Shown: positions 36,258 to 46,377 of the stretch, piece by piece
How positions within the stretch are numbered: position 1 is the stretch's first letter
Layout of the letters: each line of letters starts with the position of its first letter
From: Schizochytrium sp. TIO01
Taxonomy: Eukaryota > Protista > Bigyra: Labyrinthulomycetes
Direction of reading: 5' to 3'
Assembly: GCA_004764695.1 (NCBI GenBank)
Contig: SMSO01000014.1
Location: 2,351,648-2,415,647, forward strand
Length of the DNA: 64,000 bases
Made by a program: the position numbers and the translations under genes
The notes under the pieces: model-generated
What the model was told of the DNA's origin: nothing
Seen by the model: the letters and a program-made list of their open reading frames with translations, nothing else
Database searches by the model: none

Positions 36258-36817
36258 CTTTGAAGGAAAACTGATATGCGCAAACCCATAAACAAAGCAA
36301 CGTCACAAGCCAAGTTACAATTCCCTTCTTAAATACTCCCACAATCGTCGTCAACCAGATGTTTGGGTGCTACCAGTGAGCGGGTGATCGAGTGAGTGAA
36401 TGCGTTGTTTGAACTTAACCTGTGCTGACGGCTTTTCTTCGCCAAGCTTTTGCCTCTCTTTCCCTATTTCGCTCTTTCTCAATCGTTCATTTTCTTCTAG
36501 GCCTATAACGATGTTAGTACCTAGATAGGCACAACCAGGTAACAGCAACGCTGCTATGGAAGGTTAGATCTAACTCGCTTTCTCTCTCATTCGTCCTTGC
36601 TCTTCAAAAAGTCTTCATCGTGTCGCGTGCCGGTTTGTTCTTACTGTCGCAGATAGAATATCTAGTAGTGGTACATATTATACCTTTAGGATTTCGGTTT
36701 AGTATACTGTCAAGTTCCACTTGAGCATTTTCTGATATCTCCTAGTAGGAAGCAGTAGCTACCTTTTATATGTGTAGCTGTCTACTAGTGTCTCAGCACA
36801 TCGAGATCTAGCGATTG

Positions 36818-36848
36818 TTTGACTTGGGTCCGTACTACCCAAGTCAAA
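36818..36848. repeat. Perfect 12-bp inverted repeat with a 7-nt loop
   Basis: TTTGACTTGGGT-ccgtact-ACCCAAGTCAAA. Confidence 0.9.
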
Positions 36849-37697
36849 AGGTTTCAAGATGGGAGTTGTACCTGACTAGTGAGACTGGGCACACCTATAC
36901 CATTGCCATTTCATCATAAATGGGTGGTTATTTGGCTTGATCTTTAGGCTTGGGTTCAAGGATTGGTAAGAGTTGCCCCTGACAAGTACTGAGAGTCACT
37001 CTATCTCGCATAATTATTGACAATCCTTTCCATCACTCTTACTGTTCAAAAACGGTCTCTACAAATCCTTTGATAGGCTTGCATAAAACCTCCTCGATTG
37101 GATAAATGTAAAAGGATATTAAGGAATTGGCTCGCTCTGACTAAATAGAGTGAACGTTCATCTTATGCCTTTCCATCTATACCATTGCCATAGGTAGTGG
37201 TTTCTAGAAATCTCCTGCTTAGATGCGCCTCTTGTTAATTCATGATTTAGGTTGTAGTACAATATACTCAAGTTGTCGCACAACGGTTATGATGGTTGGG
37301 TATTGTGCAACAACTTCGCTATTTGGTTGGAGCTGTTATCAATCCTGGACCCTTTTTATTGTAAAGCCTAATTAGTAAGCAAAAGTTCATCAATAGTGAA
37401 GACCACTCCTGCACTCGTATTCACTTTACTTTTACTTTCACTCGTATGAGCATCAGATCATGTACTCAATGTACTAGTAGGTAGATACGTAGGAGTAGTA
37501 GTATGTACTTTCTCTAGCTAGATACTAAGGACTAAAAAGGACTATTAGTGACTATATTGGCTTGAGCTTTCACCCAAGTGAGAAGTTTCGACTGATTCCC
37601 TCTGACTAGTGAGAGTGGTAAGTACTTACTCTTCTATCTTAGTATATGGTATATTTTCTCATCTCATCATTGGTAGCAATAATAGCTAATGCTAATA

Positions 37698-37754
37698 AAT
37701 GAATGAATGAATGAATGAATGAATGAATGAATGAATGAATGAATGAATGAATGA
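37698..37754. repeat. (GAAT)n microsatellite
   Basis: About 14 units, directly visible. Confidence 0.98.
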
Positions 37755-38540
37755 TTTGATTGCTTAGTGAGTTTCTTAACTCGAGCTCAAACATTTTAAT
37801 TCATCACGTTTGATCAGCGAGAGTATTAGTAGCCTACGGTTTGAAGCTTTCTTAAGTACTTTATGGTAGCACCTCGTCATAAAATACTCCTCAAACACCT
37901 TTTTTTTAATGCTATATGTAGTATGTACATAGTCCCTACATACCTACTATTCCAAAGTGGGGGTAGTGTAGGTCTAATATATACAGGGTATCCCTACTGA
38001 CTACTAGTAGGCAGTCTACAATTATTCCCACTCTCTATTGCTAAATAAGGTAGGTACCTATGCTCTACTTACCTACCTCCTTTTTCATTTACGATTTGAT
38101 AATAATAATAATAATAAGGAGAAGAAGAAGAAGAATAACTTATCTATCACATAGGCACTACTATTATTTACGGCCTTTTTTTAAAATCAAAAAATAAAAA
38201 GTGGTCGACACATACACTACCATTCCTCTAGCCAGGCCCATTAACAATTTCTTAACTAATACAAGAGAGTGTAGATAACTTTTTCTTCTTTTTCAGATCA
38301 TATAAGATAATAATAGCTAAAATCATGGCTGAACATTAGGTATTATTACCCTTGTCACTCACTTTTGCTTACATGGCTTATTCTTACCAGTTGTAGGCAT
38401 GAGACTGCTTACTATGTTATCGCATCGCCTCTTTCTCACCCTTTTGAAAGCTCTTTATTCAATTCAACTCCTCACTCCCCTTAAGTTATCCATTAGTTAG
38501 TAGGTGCCCCAAGTTCCCTAAGTCGATGCTCACCCCATCA

Positions 38541-38596
38541 TCATTCATTCATTCATTCATTCATTCATTCATTCATTCATTCATTCATCCATTCAT
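38541..38596. repeat. (TCAT)n microsatellite, reverse complement of the 37698-37754 tract
   Basis: About 12 perfect units; flanked by TGCTCACCC direct repeats at 38527 and 38598. Confidence 0.98.
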
Positions 38597-38655
38597 CTGC
38601 TCACCCATTTTTATAGTTATATTCTAATTCATTTTCATTTTCATTTTCAAAGTAC

Positions 38656-38755
38656 AGATAGATGAACATGGGATATTCACATCCATCTATACCCATACCA
38701 ATCATATTCATAGATACATGAGCATGAAGATTTACATCCATCTATACCCATACCA
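38656..38755. repeat. Diverged ~45-bp tandem duplication
   Basis: Identical 22-mer ACATCCATCTATACCCATACCA at 38679-38700 and 38734-38755, with similar 5' flanks. Confidence 0.9.
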
Positions 38756-38960
38756 TGCATACCCACCCATATCACTCATGTCCATGATGATTCCTTCATT
38801 TATCCATCCCCTCACTTATTCACTCGCCCATAGGACCTTGGTAACATGTAGCAAACTAGCTAGGAAGGAAGGAAGGTAGGTAGGTGGTACCTACGCTCAG
38901 CTATGAATGAGCAGAGAAGAGACTAGACACGCGTGAGAGACGCGTGAGTATTGACTGAGC

Positions 38961-38999
38961 GAGTGAGTGAGTGAGTGAGTGAGTGAGTGAGTGAGTGAG
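38961..38999. repeat. (GAGT)n microsatellite just upstream of the Zn-cluster gene leader
   Basis: Directly visible. Confidence 0.97.
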
Positions 39000-39871
39000 C
39001 GAGAGGCTTACTTGCTCCAGCCCTCTATCTCACCCTTTCCCTCTCTCGACCTGTTATCTTAAATTCTTAAATTCTGAATCTATATCATTCTATCGGTGTA
39101 AAGGACGACACAGTCAACTGAAGGGAACGAACAACAAGAACAACGAAGCAGAAGAAGTGAAAGCGATTGAATCGACAAGGTCTCGGCGATTCCCAAGGTG
39201 GCCCCGACCTCAAACAACCTAATCCAGAAGACAAATAGAGGCTAGGTAGGAGGAACACAGGAACACTGAGAAACGCAGAAACAAAGGGAAGAGCGACTCG
39301 AGTCGGTGCGGCTAAAGCTTTTGAGGCAAGTGGCGTGTCCGCGGCCCGCATCACTGCAGCACAGTCCCTCTGCGTTTTCTCTCTATCTCTGTTGTGTGAT
39401 TCTGTCTGTTTGTCGAGTATAGCAAAGGAGACTTAGATTGACAGACCTGCAGCCCCAGTCCGGAAAAGAGGGCGGTGCAGGCGTGGAGGACATCAGCTCG
39501 CCCCCTGCTGTCCCCCTCCTCTTCCATCTGTCTGACGACGGTACCTTTCACTCTGCACCCGGTCATTTGCTCAATCGCAAGTACAGAGAAATTGGACTTG
39601 TTTTCTTGTTGAAAGCAAAAAACTAGAAGTTGCGGCGACAGCAAAAAAAATAGCATCTGCTCAGGTTTGCTAATAAGCTAGATATTCGGGACCATCATCG
39701 AACCAGCATTCGTCTGCTACCCTGTGCTAAGTTTGTCCTGCACTGGAAGCCTCAATCAGCGCCATAAGTCAAGCCAAGCAGCTAGCAGCAGCCATTTAGA
39801 GTCTTGCCTAGACTTTGACTCGTGATTGACAAACGCCAGTTCCATTCATATACTATAGGGAACAAGTTGAA

Positions 39872-39889
39872 ATGGAATTTCCGAAGTGA
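39872..39889 (+). promoter_or_regulatory. 5-codon ORF (ATG GAA TTT CCG AAG TGA) overlapping the 5' end of the Zn-cluster reading frame, which lies in its +1 frame
   Basis: First ATG on the + strand after 38909; context GAAATGG; the main frame reads TGG AAT TTC CGA AGT GAT from 39873. Confidence 0.75.
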
Positions 39890-41756
39890 TCTCCGGCTTA
39901 CCCTGAAGAGCTCTTGCGATGCATGCACAAGCTCCAAGGTAAAATGTTCTGGCGAAGATCCGTGTGCAAGATGCGTTCGTAAAGGTATCCAATGCTTTTA
40001 CAGCCCAAAAAAGAAGCGGGGCCCTGTCAAGAAGCGTGAACGCGCTGCCTTAGTTGCTAACCAGCCCATGGTCGTCAGTACTAACCTCAGCGGTAATAAA
40101 CAAATGTCATCCCTGGGGTCTCATGAGCGCCGATCTTGGAGTGTATTTTTCACCCTGTACAAGCACTATGCTGTCTCTTGCTCCCTGTTCTGGTTTAATC
40201 GCCAGCTCCATAAAATGCGCCAATACCTCATCAAAAAGAACCGCACTGATGCCCTGAAGCGCCTCTCAGCATGGATGGATGCTCTCAATATCGATGTTGA
40301 TGAATTGGCTGGCAAAGTTGAAGCGTGTCATCTAAAGATTCGCCAATGGGGTAAGGAGAGCCAGGCGAAGGCAAATGCCTTAGCAGATAAATCTAGGCCA
40401 ATTGAGCTTTCAGATGAAGACACTGCTCGGCATTTAAATACTGGAAACCCGTTCCATCTTCGTGTGAAAGGCCACCAGCTTGAAGACGTAGGCCCCCCCG
40501 GGAGTAAAGTTGCACAGCAAACCGCGCTATTGGGTGGTTTTTCTGAGCATGAACCCAACCTCCGGTTCACTGTTGACTACATGTCACCAGGCTCAGAGTC
40601 GAAGGTAACTGTGACCGACGCCTTTGAATCCCTCATGGGCTATGGTAGTGAAGAAATTGAAAAGGATATGAGCGAATCTGGTGGTGGTTTTCTTCCGTGG
40701 GGTGGAGATGTGCTCAGTCGTATTCTTGTGAATGAGGCTGACCTTTTGTCTTTCGTCCAAGTAACTGCAATTAAGTTCAATACTCTGGGAAAGCCAGAGA
40801 CCTATCCTATCTGTCGTGAAGTTCCTTCAGTCCACCTTTTCAAAATTAACTGGAAAAATAGCAAAACACACGGTGCAATGGATTGCATTGTCAAGTGTGT
40901 ACATCGGGAGCTCATCAGTGATGACGAGTCTTCTCTTGACGTGTTCATGAGTTTTTCCCCACTAAATGGAATGGCGCCAGCGATGCAGATGGCCCCGTCT
41001 CTACAGATTGATAACCGGTTCACAATTATTGACGATGAAGTGAACCTTCCTCCAAAACGCTTCAAGCAAGAATCCTCGAAACCTGAGGGATACTCCCAGC
41101 GCCTCATCGAGGAAGATCAAGACGAAAATACTAATGGAACCCCAGAACCGATCACCCATGTAAAGTACGATCTCCCGGCATCGGTTAAAGGCCCTGTTGT
41201 GTACGACTATGTAGGAGCACGCTCCGAATTTGCAGGTCTTGATCAACAGTCGACTTCACCGTCAGAACATAGTCACAGTACACAGAGCCAAGCTCAAGAA
41301 GATCTCCTTCCTTATCGTGAGCAACAACGCCACCAGCACCAACATCAACCACGTTCACATCACACAGAGCAGCCTCACGTTCATCAACACAATGGGCCTT
41401 ATAATATCGAGCCAAATCCTCCCTCAGACTATATCTGGACTTCTAAGACGTTTCCGAGCTCAGACACCGTCGATGAAATGTTCTCCTCCTCAAAAGGAAC
41501 TTCGGCGACATTGTCACCGGCATCTGCCCAACATTCTGGGAACTATGAGTGCAATCCAGGTGCTAGTTCAACGGATGATATGCTCAATCTAGACCTCCCA
41601 CTGGTCGATAGTAGTGATGAAGAATCTCTCGATATAGAGGACGATGCGCAGTGGCTTGATCAGCTTCTGAAGTGGACCGGTCCTGCTGTTAACCCCGAGC
41701 CCCATGCCCCGGAGGGGGTGTCTTCTTCATCTGCCTCGTCTTCATATAATGCTTGA
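39872..41756 (+). CDS. Zn(II)2Cys6 (Gal4-type) transcription factor with a PAS-like central domain and acidic C-terminus; start mechanism unresolved
   Basis: CDACTSSKVKCSGEDPCARCVRKGIQC (39915-39995) fits C-x2-C-x6-C-x5-C-x2-C-x6-C; NLS-like PKKKRGP; PAS-like VTDAFESLMGYGSEEI (~40610-40660); acidic tail DIEDDAQWLDQLL. The frame is open from 39819 but the first in-frame ATG is at 40068, after the Zn cluster. Confidence 0.88.
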
Positions 41757-43977
41757 TTAACTTTGCATTTGCGTTCATCAGACCTAAGGTCGACCCCTGG
41801 TTACATTTCAGAAGTACTACGCATTGTACATGCTACCTTTATCGTAGTATTTGAAAAGATAATCCCTATCATTTCGCAGACTATCTGTTCTTCGTTTGTT
41901 TTTTCTGGCATCTTGTATCAATATCATAGGCTTTCCTCTTATAACTGTTTTTCTTGCGTCTTTCCATCAACTCCCTCGGCTTTGCTTCTCCGAGATATCC
42001 CCCCCCCATCCCCTGGTTACTTACCTCTGTGGCTCTTTTATATAGACAGCTTTCTTCTTTGAAATTTTGATGTGTTTCTGTCTCAAGGCCATTGATGTGA
42101 ATACGGCTATAGGACTGACTGTCTCTGAGAATGTCTCTTAGAATCGTAAATCGCATGGCTATTACATATTCTGAGAGGCCCAGATAGAACCGAATAACAA
42201 ACATGGCTAAGGGGCATCACAACTTTGACAAATGAAATCAAACAAATTTAATAAAACAAAATCTCATCACCCAGCACTAAAAGCTGCATCGTAAGTAGGC
42301 CTGCTATCATACGAATGTAGGCGCATATTTTCTTATCTTTTTTTTATTTTAAAAATTATAAAGACCTATCTATATATATAATGAGTAAAATGTAGGTAGA
42401 TATATATACCTAGCCTGCTCGATTCCTCGAGGTAAATGAATAGTCGGATACATCCTACTTGATTTTTATTCTAACAACAGCGCTGTTAGGTCAGTCCTAT
42501 TTAGATGTCTGCTTCTAGTTTTGTAAAATTTCACAGAGCTACTTTTAAAACTTGTTTCAACTTATATTGATTGCCACTTGCCAAACAAAATCATCACCTT
42601 GACATAGTCCTAAGCCTACTCTAGCTAGCTAGTATTTACTAAGCTATCACCCCATAGGTAGGGTAAGTACATAGGAGTAGGGAGGTCCCAAATGCAATAA
42701 GATGATAGGTGATTTTTTCTAAAGGAAAGCAGGGAATGCTTCGTCTATTGTTGTAAATCATATGGTGTTATAGTAGGCATCGTGGCATCAAAACAAGAGT
42801 TATTGGACTTACTATACCACTTTTGTTGTAGGCCTAACTTGTCTCTTATTTTATGTCTCTATATCCCGTTTCAGTTGTTCTTTTTCCCTTTTTTCTTTTC
42901 TTTCGGTAAGAAATGGCCTACCCCTGTGCATTATCAACATAGCCGGAACGGCATTATAGATATATATACCTTCCTGATGATCACTCGTGCTTAAACTTGA
43001 AGATGACGTCAAGCGGCAGCGGAATCTCGTGGGGGGTGCGCTTATGTGCTTATGTCGTAGCTTTCTAGTGATTGTTTGAAATTGTAAGATGCGAACAAGA
43101 CACGACCACTTGAAGGTGGACCAAACAACGAAACCAAAAAATAACCATCTCCATGAAAATTAAAATAACCACCCGCTTGTGCTAGGCCTTAAATAATTTA
43201 GCTAGCACTAGCTCTAATCAAAAAGCCATCAGAAACTATCGATCAAATTGATTGGAACAAACCTGAATCATTTATCTGACTGACTATGCTATGCCATCGA
43301 TACCAGGAGATAGATATTTTCCTTAGCAGACATTTGGAGAGTTTCTTTACTTACGTTTGAATGGGACATTCTTGGACACCCTGGGACAGTTGAAACGTAT
43401 TATGTCATAGGAAACTCAAAGGTTTTAAGGTCCCTTTAAAGGGACATATAGAAACTATAATACGTGTACTTTCTTTCGAAATTAGCAGAGAAGTACAGCA
43501 CTGACAAACTAGGATTGTTCGGTCTAACATCCTAACCTCGAGTCATCTTCTGACATCGAAACTTTCTTATCTTCGCAGCAACTGACAGGCAGATTCTTTT
43601 TGTGCTGAAGACATCTTCGCTTCAAATAAGGCTGATCTTGGAGACTACTTTTGCAAATTTAAAAAGCCTACTTACACTGGCCATATTTGTCCACTAACTT
43701 AATTGATGAGTAGGGAGGAGCTTGCTTCGAAATCCTAGCAAAGGTGCATCTCGTCTGGTGGGCTTCAGTTGCCATCAAAGATCCTCCTCCTTTACGTTAG
43801 ATATTACGCATTCCTTTGCTCTTGACCAATTGTCAAGAACTGATTGTGTAAGCCAAGGGACGTGTGCAAACCACAAGCCTACTCTCCAAAATATATACAT
43901 TATCGATCGAATTTTGACTTTCGCAAGACTCTCACCTGCTCGAGGTATATCAGAACCTTTCTACACCTTTTTGTGAG

Positions 43978-46377
43978 ATGTCTACAACACGTCAGAACAA
44001 GATTTCCCGTGGAATCTGGGCAAGCGTACGGAGCAAGACTCTTAAAAAGCGCTCCAAAAAAGCTAGCGGGGAAACAGACGATAACGTTTGCCTCTCTCAG
44101 CAGCAAGCCGGGATTTTGCTTGGGAGAATTCGGGTTATTCTTGCGCATATTGAGAGTAACGCTGAGCAAGATGATCTTTCGCCACTTTCATCCACCGGGA
44201 TTTCTACTGAAGCCAAAGAAGCAGCTCAAACTCTTGTGCAGGCTCTTGTCAAAGATGATACAATTCATCTCGTGAAGTCCTTGCAGAGTATGAATTGTGC
44301 CACGTTAGGCGCAGTGGTTAAACTAGTGTTCATGTCCTCTCCAGAGCCACTTATCCCTGGTAAGGTATGTAGTCTTATTCTTGGCACATGTGCAAAGTAT
44401 GCAGAATACCTGGACGAAAAAGATGATGAAAAGGTCGAGGAGATCGGAGCAACGCTTGAGCGTTTTTCGGCTTCAAAAAACTTCACCATTCTTGAAGGCC
44501 TTTGTCAAAGTTTGAACCGTCTCCCAATGGGAAATGATGAGCTTGCATATGTTTTTGCCCCTCTCATCCTTCTTCCAAAGATAAATATGATTGTCGGCGA
44601 GGGTGTGACAACAGGAGATGTAGACGTTCACCTCAGTATGCTAGCAGCAGCAGATGCTGTCATCGAAGCAATGCAATTCCTTATTGATAAGGCTGATACA
44701 CTTTTCGACAGCCGCTCCAGGAAACGGGCACTTCTGAAAAAAGGTTTGAGTGCAAGACGTGCAGTCGAGGGTGACAGCCAAGAAGATGATCCTGCCGTTG
44801 TTATTGATGAAGCCAGCCTCGATGTAGTTCTGGAGGCAATGGCTACTGGAAATCCAGCTCAAGATCTAGAGACCGCCTATCACTCATCACGATCAATAAA
44901 GCAGGAGTCGCTTTCAAACAAAGTTACAGACCCCTCCAGTCCTGAATCACTTCAACAAGTACCTTTTGAGGCAGCCTCCGTTATACCTGACGATGACGTG
45001 ACTCCAGTCAATACACCCATTGAAGAGCTTGTCGAAACTCAACAGATGGATTGCGCTACAGGTATTAGTGGAAAATTACAAGTACCACCAAACGAATCAA
45101 CAAGCAAGTCTAACTCTACTAAGTCTGTCATTTCTTTGACAAAATTCACAAACAGTGTCGAAGAACAAGATCAGTCCGAGGAAGGCATTGGTATCGATTG
45201 TCCACAAATTGAAATTAACTCATCTGATATTGTCCTGCAAAGTCTGGAGGATGCTCAGGCGTGTGACAACGACACCAGCGAGACTTGCAATGGCATGTCC
45301 CCTCCAACAAGTGTGGTGATAGATGCCTCCCAAATTGGGGATCCTATTCTGTCAAAAGAAGTTCAAAGTTCTTCAGAAGACTCACCAGAGATATTCGATA
45401 CTACTTCCACAGAGCAAAAAGGTGAGGAAGAACAAGAGGATTCAGATCGTTCTGAGAAAACAACATTGCCCCTTGGCATGCACCAGTCGTGCACCAGCGA
45501 GTCAGAATTGCTAAATATATCTGGGTCAAAAGAGGGTGCCCCAAATCAAGTGAATTTAACTGACAAGAACTCCGAGAGTGACCCACAACCAGATTTGGAG
45601 TTAGACCTTAATGCTGCCGCTGTGAAAGAAATTAGTAATAGTGAACAAGACTACTCCGGTGAAAACGATCAGATGAAACGGGACTTTATTCAAGAAACAC
45701 TCTCTCTCACGCTTCCTCCATCTTTGAATTTGAGTATTCTCGAAGGAGAGTCAAAGACAAGTCAGTCTTTTGTCAACGAAGATCTAGATGAAACTCAAAA
45801 GTTCCTTCAATGCCCCTCTCCGTCCGGAAGTGAGGTATCAGACCAAAGTTTTGCAAGCCATTTAAGCGGCAAATTACGAGACCTAGAAGAACAGACCCCT
45901 GTCTGCAAAGCAGTAGTCCTCTATGACTATGAACCTCATGAAGATGGAGAAATATCTCTCATGTGCGGAGAAATTGTTGAAGTTCTGGAGATGGAGGAAG
46001 ACGGATGGTGGTACGGCCGCGCAGCAAATGGAGATGTTGGCGTATTCCCAGGTGTTTATGTCAAGAGTTTATATGATGATGATGACTTTGCTGAAGTCAC
46101 AAGTAATCACAAGGATGGCAATGCGAGAACACCCCGAAGTGCTAGTTCAACGTTCTCCCAAGGAAAGCCTTCAGTAAGTGGTAAGGATGCAGCAGGCGCA
46201 TTAACGTCACTTTTGCAGACATACAACAAATTAGTTGCTGTGGTTGGACATCCTGAAGGGATAGCTCCACTACCTACTACTCATCAAATGGGTCCCGTAG
46301 TTCAAGACCTGCTTGACAGGGTTCTTGCAAGACTCGAACTAGCTGAAACTGAAGTCAAAGCCCTTCGTGCAGCGTAA
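43978..46377 (+). CDS. RhoGAP-like domain plus SH3 domain protein (799 aa)
   Basis: RhoGAP blocks TLGAVVKLVFMSSPEPLIP and NFTILEGLCQSL..MGNDELAYVFAPLIL; SH3 AVVLYDYEPHEDGEISLMCGEIVEVLEMEEDGWWYG...GVFPGVYV (~45901-46070); acidic S/T linker; short C-terminal coiled coil. Confidence 0.88.
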   Translation: MSTTRQNKISRGIWASVRSKTLKKRSKKASGETDDNVCLSQQQAGILLGRIRVILAHIESNAEQDDLSPLSSTGISTEAKEAAQTLVQALVKDDTIHLVKSLQSMNCATLGAVVKLVFMSSPEPLIPGKVCSLILGTCAKYAEYLDEKDDEKVEEIGATLERFSASKNFTILEGLCQSLNRLPMGNDELAYVFAPLILLPKINMIVGEGVTTGDVDVHLSMLAAADAVIEAMQFLIDKADTLFDSRSRKRALLKKGLSARRAVEGDSQEDDPAVVIDEASLDVVLEAMATGNPAQDLETAYHSSRSIKQESLSNKVTDPSSPESLQQVPFEAASVIPDDDVTPVNTPIEELVETQQMDCATGISGKLQVPPNESTSKSNSTKSVISLTKFTNSVEEQDQSEEGIGIDCPQIEINSSDIVLQSLEDAQACDNDTSETCNGMSPPTSVVIDASQIGDPILSKEVQSSSEDSPEIFDTTSTEQKGEEEQEDSDRSEKTTLPLGMHQSCTSESELLNISGSKEGAPNQVNLTDKNSESDPQPDLELDLNAAAVKEISNSEQDYSGENDQMKRDFIQETLSLTLPPSLNLSILEGESKTSQSFVNEDLDETQKFLQCPSPSGSEVSDQSFASHLSGKLRDLEEQTPVCKAVVLYDYEPHEDGEISLMCGEIVEVLEMEEDGWWYGRAANGDVGVFPGVYVKSLYDDDDFAEVTSNHKDGNARTPRSASSTFSQGKPSVSGKDAAGALTSLLQTYNKLVAVVGHPEGIAPLPTTHQMGPVVQDLLDRVLARLELAETEVKALRAA

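Noticed and set aside
43004-43011. TGACGTCA (CRE-like palindrome)
   Set aside because: A single 8-mer is expected about once by chance in 64 kb.
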